Shown here piece by piece: positions 19,329 through 27,600 of a stretch of 64,000 nucleotides of DNA. Source of the DNA: an uncultured Verrucomicrobiota bacterium (lineage in GTDB: Bacteria > Verrucomicrobiota > Verrucomicrobiia > Limisphaerales > SXQI01). The notes beneath the pieces were generated by a model. That model did not search any database and had not been told where the DNA came from. It was given only the letters and a program-made list of their open reading frames with translations. Every line of letters starts with the position of its first letter. Positions within the stretch are counted from its first letter, which is position 1. The DNA lies in the NCBI GenBank assembly GCA_964566945.1, contig CAZMKE010000019.1, positions 19,034 through 83,033 of the forward strand, read 5' to 3'. The position numbers were made by a program, and so were the translations under genes.

Positions 19329-19454
19329 GGCCATCACCCGCACGCCCCCGTTGCCAACCCCAGCCCCAGCCTCGAAAGTCCCTTCCCCGATCGCCCCATC
19401 AGTTCGGATCGCGATAAAAATCTCCCGAACTCCGAGGTTTGGGAAATCGCATTC
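19290..19454 (-). pseudogene. Start-less remnant related to the small ORF 16364..16564
   Basis: The frame is open for 54 codons after an in-frame TGA: ECDFPNLGVREIFIAIRTDGAIGEGTFEAGAGVGNGGVRVMAEIAEEIFRQAKA*. Only the last ~12 aa match copy 1 (EIAEEIFRKAGA*). There is no plausible start codon near its 5' end. Confidence 0.3.
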
Positions 19455-19479
19455 TCATCTATTAGAGACTTTAAAAGGC

Positions 19480-20223
19480 TCATAAGAACCCAACTATCCG
19501 AAACAGCCAACCAACGATCAAGGAAGCGCAAATGACCGCACACGGACCTGGTTCGGGTACGGGAAAAAAGTTAAGTTGAATAACAGGCGCACCCAGAATT
19601 GTATCGCTGTGGTCGACGTTCGGAACAACGAGACCGCCCACAAGGGCGATCGCACCGCCCGTGTCGATGGTCAGAGGATGCCCGGTCCCCGGTTTATAAT
19701 CAAAAAAGTCCACCACAAGAGACCCACGACGGGGATCGTAGAGAAACGGGTGCGCCAGCGGAAAGATCACTTGAAACTGATTCGGCCCGGACGCCGATCC
19801 TTGCCCGACCACGTGAACTTCACTGCGCGGGAACACGACTGTCTCGTCGGGACCCACGTTCTTTGAAAAATAGTGCGATATATTTGCCGAGGAAGCCGGT
19901 GACGTGGACATCCGGATTTCCAGATCTGGAATTACAGCCTCAAACGAGCTTCGATCGGTCTCGTCCAACCGAATAGCAAGTTGTACAATCGTGCCACCAG
20001 CAGGCATGGCGGTAGCAAAATCAGCAGCGTCATAGAGACACTGGTATCTCACCGCAGAGGGATAGTTAAAGAGTATCTGGCCGCCGTCGCCAGGGACATC
20101 CCGGTACTGGATCGGTATTACGGCAGTCGAAGTCGCCGGTTGAGCGTCTAAAGCCGCTGCGATTCCGGGCAGTGCAACGGATAGGATAGCCCTGCAGGCG
20201 AGCCGGAAGTAGCAGTTTCGCAC
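19480..20223 (-). CDS. PEP-CTERM sorting-domain protein (paralogue family)
   Basis: The C-terminus reads FFPVPEPGPCAVICASLIVGWLFRIVG. I chose the GTG start at 20223 because GGAGG lies 9 nt upstream and the product starts with a signal peptide (VRNCYFRLACRAILSVALPGIAAALDA). This gives 247 aa, against 248 aa for the paralogue. Confidence 0.75.
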   Translation of the reverse strand: MRNCYFRLACRAILSVALPGIAAALDAQPATSTAVIPIQYRDVPGDGGQILFNYPSAVRYQCLYDAADFATAMPAGGTIVQLAIRLDETDRSSFEAVIPDLEIRMSTSPASSANISHYFSKNVGPDETVVFPRSEVHVVGQGSASGPNQFQVIFPLAHPFLYDPRRGSLVVDFFDYKPGTGHPLTIDTGGAIALVGGLVVPNVDHSDTILGAPVIQLNFFPVPEPGPCAVICASLIVGWLFRIVGFL

Positions 20224-20969
20224 CTTCAGAAACCTCCATCTTTTACTGTGCACTCGCGCAAGTTCGATGACACATCTCGTTACCTGTCCAAAAGGCAAAG
20301 AGTTTAAAAGCCGCATAGTCAGATTCCTCTTCCGTCCTAACCCCGCTCCCGAGCGCGACCCTGCATCCCGGCGATCGCTCTTTTCAGGTCTGTGGCGACT
20401 CTGCTACTCTGCTGACCTCCGAGGGCAACTGGAGGAGCTTTTCGCCCAGTGGGGCGAAGTCTGGCGGAATCGCCGCGTCGCCCGGCTGATGACAGTGGCA
20501 GCCGTGGCGATTGCCACCCGGCGCGCCAGCGCGGGAGCCGAACGAATTGTCGTCGCGAAAGTTCATAGCCGAAAGAAGAGACGAGGGCCTGATTCCAACA
20601 TTCCACCGGCCACAACAGACAAGACAGCGAGCTCTCCTGTTCGACGAGTCCTTTGCATCCGTTGCCGCCGCGTTCCGTTATTGCCAGTCATCAAGAAATC
20701 CCCGCTGTGCATTTTCGGGGAAATCTTCACCACTTTGCCATCCCCCACCCTACATTTGCAAGGCTTTTCGGAGCAATCTGCTGAAAAATCCCTTCTAAAA
20801 CCGGGCTTTTCATCTCTCCCTATGACAACTTGAAGTGTATAGATATGACAAAGCCTGGGTTGAGAGCGGTGATCAAGTTAGACCGAGGGTGAGATTTCTC
20901 CCGCAGAGCTCGCTGGGATTGCGTTGAGAGCGCAGACAAGAAAGGAGGAGGGTAAAGTAAAGCGCCTCC

Positions 20970-21021
20970 CGAACGCCTCCCCGAGAAGAACCGTCACTCT
21001 CGACATTGCTGTCGAAACATC
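20970..21021. repeat. Short partial third copy of the sequence flanking repeat R (matches 18910..18963)
   Basis: The core aacgc[c/t]tccccgagaaga.c.gtcac.ctcgaca is shared. Similarity is moderate overall, roughly 70% by eye over ~52 nt. Confidence 0.3.
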
Positions 21022-21207
21022 GCTCCGCCACGCAACGCATCGATGCAGCGTTCGCGCAAACCTTTCACACCGGTGCTGAACGCAGCGATCCGCTCGGGTT
21101 TCACCCGCGGCGGCTCGTCCAAAGCGAACCGTTGAAGGAGAATCCCTTTTTTGATTTCCCATATTTAATATCGCCAAGCTCGATCTCTCTTCCTACCGTC
21201 GCGCCCC

Positions 21208-23397
21208 GTGAGTTGGTTTCAGCATTCCCGGGCGGTCTTTGGGATCGCCGCCACCCTGAGCTGGGCGTCAGCAGCCCAAACGCTGGCTCAGCCGGCCGCC
21301 CCCGATTATGCCCGCTATGCGCTCAGCCACTCCGGCCAGGCGTCGCTCGGCCAGTCTATTTTCAACGACGAGCAAAGAGCGGGCTGCGTGAAGTGTCATA
21401 CGGTCGATGGCACGGGCGCCAAGACGGGCCCGGATCTCTCCGCCGTCGGGGCCAAGTTCCCCAAAGCGGACTTGATTCGCGCGATTCTCGAGCCCTCGGC
21501 CAGCATTGCGGTGGGCTACGCCACCACCCGCATCACCACTACTTCGGGCGAGGAGATCGACGGCATCCTGAAAAGCGCGTCCGCTGATGGCGCCGAGCTG
21601 GCCCTCGCCGATGGAAAACGCGTGCGGATCAGCGCGCGGGAGATCGCCTCCCAGCGGGTCAGCGAGGTTTCGCTCATGCCCGAGGGGCTTTGCCAGGCTC
21701 TGTCCCCCGCAGAGTTCTCTCATCTGATCGCCTACCTGCTCAGTTTGCGTCCCAGCACGGGGGGTGGCGACGCGCCGCACGGGTTTCTCACGCGGGTCCC
21801 GCGCGCCGCTGCCGAGGCGGTGTTCAAACCGTTGTTTCCGGACAATATCCGCTTTCGGAACCCTTCCTGGTTTGGCGAAGTGCCCGGCCAGCCCGGCCGC
21901 TTCCTGGTCCTCGAAACCGCGGGGCGGGTCTGGACGGTCGAAACCTCCGGCGCATCCGCCACCCAAACGCCGCTCCTCGACCTCACCGGCGCTGTTCACC
22001 TGGGCGGCGGCAGTGGCTTGCTGGCTGGCGTTTTCCATCCCCGCTTCCCGGAAAACCGGAAATACTACCTGAAGTATCAACAGCGCCGGGACGGCCACAT
22101 CTCCACTCTGCTTGTCGAACGGCAATTCACGCCGGACTTCCGCGCCGATGCCGGCCTGGCCCGCACCCTGCTCGAGATCCCGTGCCTCACCCAGGACCAC
22201 ACCGGCGGCGGCCTGGAGTTCGGGCCCGAAGGCCTGCTCTACCTCGGCATGGGAGACTCCGGCCCGCAACGCGACCCTCAAGGGCACGGCCAGGACCTGG
22301 GCCTTCTGCTCGGCAAGATTCTCCGCTTGAATGTCGATGCCGCCGAGAATGGCGCCGCCTACTCCATCCCGGCGGACAATCCGTTCCGGCAGCGCCCCGG
22401 AGCCCGGCCTGAAATCTGGGCCTGGGGTTTCCGGGAACCCTGGCGCCTCAGTTTCGATCGTGAAACGCACGACCTCTGGGTGGGCGATGTGGGCCAGGAC
22501 CGGATCGAGGAAGTCGATATCGCCCGGGCGGGCGAGAACTTTGGCTGGAATGTCTTCGAGGGATTCGATCGCTTCTCCGAGTCGTTCCGGCGCGCCTCGG
22601 AACACTACCAGCCCCCCATTTTCGCCTACCCGCACAGCCTGGGAGTCTCCATCACCGGCGGCTATGTCTATCGAGGCCGCGAAGCCGCGGCTCTCCGGGG
22701 ATCGTACATCTGCGCTGATTTTGAATCGCGCCGCGTCTGGGCGCTCACCCAGACCAATCGCTCCCTGAGCGGCATCGTCGAAATCGCCACGGCTCCCAGC
22801 CGGCCGGTCTCCTTTGCCCAGGGGCGCGACGGCGAGCTTTACGTCGTCGGCTTCGACTCCGGCGCGATCTACTGCCTTGATCTGAGCCCGGTCGATCCCG
22901 CCCCGCTGCAAATCCAGTTTCTCACCCCCACCTCCGAACAATCTGGCGTCGTTTGGCGCATGACCCTCCAACAGCCGGATGATCACTGGCCGGCGCCCGA
23001 TTTCGATGATCGCGCCTGGACCAACGCCCTCGGCGGTTTTGGAACCGCCGGCACGCCCGGCGCTGTGATCGGCTCGGAATGGCGCACCGACCATATCTGG
23101 CTGCGCCGGGAATTCACCCTGCCCGGCGACTTCGCCGCCCGCGCCGGCCGCCGGCTGGCTCTCCGCCTCCACCACGATGAAGACGCCGAGATCTACCTGA
23201 ACGGCCGGGAGATCTCGCGCCAGCCTCGCTGGACCAGCGGCTATATCGAAGTCCCTCTGGACGCCGAGGCCGTTCGCGCGCTTCGTCCCGGCCGCAACGT
23301 CATCGCGCTCCACTGCCGCCAAACCACGGGCGGCCAGTATATCGACGCGGGCCTGCTGGAGTACCTTCGGGGGGATTCGGCGACGAACCCGCCTTAA
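21208..23397 (+). CDS. Cytochrome c + PQQ-dependent sugar (glucose/sorbosone) dehydrogenase + C-terminal galactose-binding-like domain fusion
   Basis: GTG start with a signal peptide SWFQHSRAVFGIAATLSWASAAQ. It contains the haem site GCVKCHTVDGTGAKTGPDL and SGDH motifs: GLLAGVFHPRFPENRKYYLKY, DHTGGGLEFGPEGLLYLGMGDSG, GKILRLNVD...IPADNPF, EIWAWGFREPWRLSFDRETHDLWVGDVGQDRIEEV. The C-terminal block reads FDDRAWTN...IWLRREFTL...DEDAEIYLNGREI. The 684-aa minus ORF 21268..23322 is its shadow. Confidence 0.85.
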   Translation: MSWFQHSRAVFGIAATLSWASAAQTLAQPAAPDYARYALSHSGQASLGQSIFNDEQRAGCVKCHTVDGTGAKTGPDLSAVGAKFPKADLIRAILEPSASIAVGYATTRITTTSGEEIDGILKSASADGAELALADGKRVRISAREIASQRVSEVSLMPEGLCQALSPAEFSHLIAYLLSLRPSTGGGDAPHGFLTRVPRAAAEAVFKPLFPDNIRFRNPSWFGEVPGQPGRFLVLETAGRVWTVETSGASATQTPLLDLTGAVHLGGGSGLLAGVFHPRFPENRKYYLKYQQRRDGHISTLLVERQFTPDFRADAGLARTLLEIPCLTQDHTGGGLEFGPEGLLYLGMGDSGPQRDPQGHGQDLGLLLGKILRLNVDAAENGAAYSIPADNPFRQRPGARPEIWAWGFREPWRLSFDRETHDLWVGDVGQDRIEEVDIARAGENFGWNVFEGFDRFSESFRRASEHYQPPIFAYPHSLGVSITGGYVYRGREAAALRGSYICADFESRRVWALTQTNRSLSGIVEIATAPSRPVSFAQGRDGELYVVGFDSGAIYCLDLSPVDPAPLQIQFLTPTSEQSGVVWRMTLQQPDDHWPAPDFDDRAWTNALGGFGTAGTPGAVIGSEWRTDHIWLRREFTLPGDFAARAGRRLALRLHHDEDAEIYLNGREISRQPRWTSGYIEVPLDAEAVRALRPGRNVIALHCRQTTGGQYIDAGLLEYLRGDSATNPP

Positions 23398-23452
23398 CCC
23401 GGCAAAACCGCTTTACCGCCACGAAACCTGTGGCATAAATCCGCCCACCATC

Positions 23453-23992
23453 TTGTCCGCACCGATCCAACCCGCCGCTGCCAAAGCCGCACTGCCGCAC
23501 GTGGAGATCTACACCGACGGCGGGTGCGAGCCCAATCCCGGCCCCGGCGGCTACGGAGTCGTGGTGCTGCACGCCCGCAAGCGCGCCGAATTGAGCGGCG
23601 GTTTTCGGCGCACCACCAACAACCGGATGGAGATCTTCGCGGCGATCGCGGGCCTGCAATTGCTCAACCAACCCTGCCGAGTGACCGTCTACAGCGACTC
23701 CCAATATCTCGTCAAAGCCATCATGGAAGGCTGGCTCGCCGGCTGGAAACGCAAAGGCTGGTGGCGCACCAAGACCGAACGCCCCCAAAACGTCGACCTC
23801 TGGCAGCGCCTCGACGAACTCTGCCAGAAACATCAAGTCGAATTCCGCTGGGTCAAAGGCCATAACGGAGTCGCGGAAAACGAAAGGTGCGACCGCCTCG
23901 CCGAAGCCGCCCTGCGCCGCCCCGCCCTCCCCATCGACGAAGGCTACCAAAGCAAAACAACCGCTGAGCAGACGCGGCTTGATATTTTGTAA
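23453..23992 (+). CDS. rnhA: Ribonuclease HI
   Basis: VEIYTDGGCEPNPGPGGYGVVVL, TTNNRMEIFAAIAGLQ, VTVYSDSQYLVKAI, VEFRWVKGHNGVAENERCDRLA. This is the canonical RNase H catalytic DEDD pattern and spacing. The TTG start is as given in the track. Confidence 0.9.
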   Translation: MSAPIQPAAAKAALPHVEIYTDGGCEPNPGPGGYGVVVLHARKRAELSGGFRRTTNNRMEIFAAIAGLQLLNQPCRVTVYSDSQYLVKAIMEGWLAGWKRKGWWRTKTERPQNVDLWQRLDELCQKHQVEFRWVKGHNGVAENERCDRLAEAALRRPALPIDEGYQSKTTAEQTRLDIL

Positions 23993-24654
23993 TCCGTCGT
24001 TCGCGGCTGATTTGGGCTCAATTCTAGGAGAACGCCCCACCTAGTTTGCAGCCGGGCCAAGATGGGACAGTGGCGGGCCGGTCCACGGAGGCTTTCAGGC
24101 GCGAGCCCCGCGTCGCCCCGGCATTTTTTCAACGGCGCAACCTTTCATTTTACAACGCGTTACATCGCCATCTGGTCCAGCTGTTTCTATATTCCAAGAG
24201 CCTTCCATTTGTAGACTTCTCGTAATCCATTAATCCATTCACTTGGCTGCCGCGATGATCCGCGGTTGCGACTGACCTCCCGAGCATCGAGGAAGGACGG
24301 CCGCTGCTCTCGGGAATCCACTATTGGGTGCTCCACCTTGGCAGGGCGATGTGACGACGCTCCGATGCTCCAGCCGACCTCCTTCTTCCCAATTTTCTGT
24401 CAACCAGCCCGCAGCCGGAGCCTGGCTCCTGTCACCACAAGCTCAGGCCCTGCCCCGACCTTGCACTCTGTGCGTCACTGCGTCCTCCTCCTTTCGTAAA
24501 ACCGTGCCCACACGGCAACGCTCCTTCCTTGACCTCGTTGCGCACATGCAAAATATCCCCTTGCAGAAATCTGATACTTTGCCCCCTTTTTCTGGCGCGG
24601 GCCCGATCTGAATCGCGGTGAGAGCGCTGTGCCGCGGTTGACAGGATTTTGGTC

Positions 24655-27600
24655 TCAATCGCTTCGATAAAGGCGGAAGAATTTGGATGGTCCGTCGGTT
24701 CTGACAGAAATCATCTCCAGGGGACTCTGGAAATCCGATTCGTTCGGGTCCGCTGGCACAGGTTCCCAAGGCCCGTCCGCTGTTTGAGCGGCCTGAAGTT
24801 CAAAACCTTGATGATCCGCCTCCCATGCGATGCTGAGAGCCGCCGACGTTGCGATCACCTTTATTTGCGGAGGGCCAAGCACCTTAATGACCCGCTCGAC
24901 CTTGGGCGCACTGTTGAAGTTGGCATCGCCCGGTTGCTCGGCGGCTATGGTGACAGTTCCAGGGCCGGTCGGCTGCAGAAGGTTGTTTCGAAGCTCACCC
25001 GGGCCTGCGATTACCCTGATGGTGACGGGCAGCGCCGAGCTGGCGATCGCGTTCAAAGGAAATGGCCCGTTGTAACTGAACACTTTTTCAGGGCTGTCCA
25101 ATTGGATGCTCTGCTCCGCCTTCGCGATGAGGAAGGAGTCGAAAATCGGTGAGGCGGGCAGAAAGTTGTCGTCGCCGGGTTGGCTGATTTTCAAAGTCGC
25201 CATTCCGGCACCGAGCGCCTTGAAAACTTGTCCCTCCACCGAGGCGGGGCCGGCGATCACGTCAAACTTCACTGGCAATCCCGAGCTCGCACTGGCTGAC
25301 AGTGCAACAGGGGGAGAGCCGTAGGCCAGGATAGGCGCATGGGGAAACCGAACCGACTGAGGAGCTTTATCGACGTGTATCGTCCGTTGCACAACGGGCG
25401 CCGGGCCGAACACCCCGTCGCCGCTTTGCGCCGCAGACACGATAATTTCGCCTGCGCCGGTAATGGTCAGTTGATCGTTCTGAAGCACCCCAGGGCCGCT
25501 GAGAATGCTGAAAGTGGCTGCCAACTCGGAGCTTGTTTGGGCAACAAGTCGTATCGGTCCCGCACCAAAAACGAGAGCGGGTGGAGGGCTAAATTCAATG
25601 GTTTGCGGGCGACGAATGACAAAAGTTTGTTCCATGTCCGGAGCCGGCTCGAAAGTGTCGTTGCCCCTTTGCACGGCGCGGACAGTCACAGGGCCTGCGG
25701 CGAGTGCAGTCAGAACAGAGCCCTGAATGCTCGCTGATCCTTGGAGAATCTGCAAAACTACTGGAAGACCGGATGAAGCCCGCGCGGACAAAAGGATGGG
25801 CTCCGCGCCGAGTGTGAGGTCAGGAATCGGCAGGAATTCCAAAAGCTGGGAGGCTTTTTGGACGGTCAAGACTTCGTCGAGCGAAGCTGCTTCGAAATCG
25901 TCATTCCCATCTTGAACAGCCTTAATCTGCAGGATGCCAGCCGCAGTAGGCGTCAAGGTGGTCCCGTTCAGGAGGCCGGGCCCTTGTATTTCAAACCTAA
26001 TTGGAAGGCCCGAGTTCGCGCTGGCACTCAGCTGGACCGAACCGGCCCCCAATCGCAGAACTGAGGTTTGGTGGAAGGCGATGGTTTGCAATCCTTTGGA
26101 AATGACGATGGCTTGGTCTGCGGCAGCGGCCTGAAACTGGTCATTGCCGTCCTGAATTGCCCTGAGGAGGACGAGACCTGGGCTCTGCGGAATCAATACC
26201 ACGCCGTTGTAGATCGCAGGCCCTGAAAGCACTTCGAAACGGACTGGGAGCCCGGATGTGGCTAAGGCAATGGGCTCAACGGGCTCCCCGGCAAACCTCA
26301 GTGCGGGAAGCGGCGCAAATGCGATGGTTTGTTGGGCTTTTACGGTTCGCGCGGTAAATCGTTGTTCTGCGAATGCCGGAGCAAAGACGTTGTCGCCGCT
26401 TTGCAGCGCGTCGACAACGATTTCCCCGGGGCCATTGACGTAAAGAACGTTGTCTTGAAGTTCAGCCGGACCAGAGCGTAGAGAAAATGAGACCGGCAGG
26501 GTCGAGCTCGACGCGGCGGACAGGGGGGCTGTCGCGCGTGGGGGCGCGCCCTGCAAGGCCGCAAACGAGTGCAAAGAGGAGGGAGACGGGGCTGCGAGAT
26601 CTATGTCTGGAAGGGGCGGAAAGTCGATCGTCTGCTCGATGCGCTCTCCAATGACGGTTTGCAGGACTGACAGCGCAGGAAGAAAGTTCGCATTACCGCT
26701 CTGAGCCGCCTGCACCGTAATCGGGCCTTTTCCCAAGATCTCGAGGTCGTTCCCGTTCAAAGTCCCAGGACCCTCAATTACTTGAAAACTTACCACCAAG
26801 CCGCTACTGGCCTGCGCGTGGAGAGTGATGGTCATGCTTGACGGGGCGACAGCATCGAACTGTATCGTCTGTGCCGCGCGTTGCACGTTGAAAGAACGCG
26901 TTACCCGTGCGGGTGCGTGCGACGCATCGCCTCCGTCGATCGCGGCAATCGTGACCGTGCCGACTCCCAAAAGTTGCACGGCATTTCCGGTTACGACGGC
27001 TGGCCCGGATTCCACTTCAAAGGTTACTGGCAAACCCGAGCTCGCAACCGCGTTCACGGTAACGGGGCCGCTTCCGTAGGCGGTGTCCGGGATCAAAGCG
27101 AATTCGATTGCGGAGGCGGTTTTAGCGCGAATGACGCGCTCGACGGCTGCAGGGGCAAAGAGGGCGTTGCCCAGAGCGCTTGCCCTGACGACGATGTCTC
27201 CGGAATCATAGGCTATTAATTCGTTGAGTTCTATACTTCCTGGACCGGAGATCACGGTAAAAGTGAGCTGGGTGCCCGCGGAATTGACGGCGTGAAGCTG
27301 GATGGGGTCCCCCATGGCGGGAATTTCCTCGGGCAAATCGAATTCAATCGTCTGAGGCATCCGGGCTTCTGGCGCGGCAAGGACATTGAACGTCCTAAAC
27401 ACTGCACCCGGGGTGAGCGGATCAGATTCTTGCTCAAATGCTGTCACCCCAATTTCGCCTGCGCCGGTAACGGTGAGCAGGTTGCCTGAAACGGTCGCCG
27501 GGCCGAAGGAAACAGCAAACGCCGGTGGATTGCCGGACCCTGTCGTGGCGTGCAATTCGATAGGGGCGGTGTAAAGAGGCAGGTCTGGGATTGCGGGAAA

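Noticed and set aside
20384-20566. A 60-aa minus ORF with an HGCHCH motif (MNFRDDNSFGSRAGAPGGNRHGCHCHQPGD...), considered as a small metal-binding or RiPP-like peptide.
   Set aside because: It has no ribosome-binding site, no neighbouring maturation genes, overlapping alternative ORFs of similar length in other frames, and no recognisable family.
21268-23322. A 684-aa minus ORF. The same situation applies to 46658..48823 (+, 721 aa), 55362..57551 (+, 729 aa), 14344..15789 (-, 481 aa), 43749..45458 (+, 569 aa), 42225..43643 (+, 472 aa), 58147..59532 (+, 461 aa), 37671..38948 (+, 425 aa), 7248..8438 (+, 396 aa) and 30402..31496 (+, 364 aa).
   Set aside because: Each is antisense to a gene with clear family signatures (PQQ dehydrogenase, glgP, CotH, beta-helix protein, CHASE2 kinase, sigma54 activator, hisC, FecR/TPR protein, histidine kinase, hydrolase). 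Each has the R/G/A/P-rich composition typical of GC-rich antisense frames.
24240-24400. Loose resemblance to SRP RNA or RNase P RNA motifs (gaggaaggacgg, ccttggcagggcgatgtgacg).
   Set aside because: The conserved SRP domain-IV helix with its GNRA tetraloop cannot be drawn, nor can the RNase P GAGGAAAGUCC and other universal blocks. The matches are short and out of structural context. An Rfam covariance-model scan would settle this.
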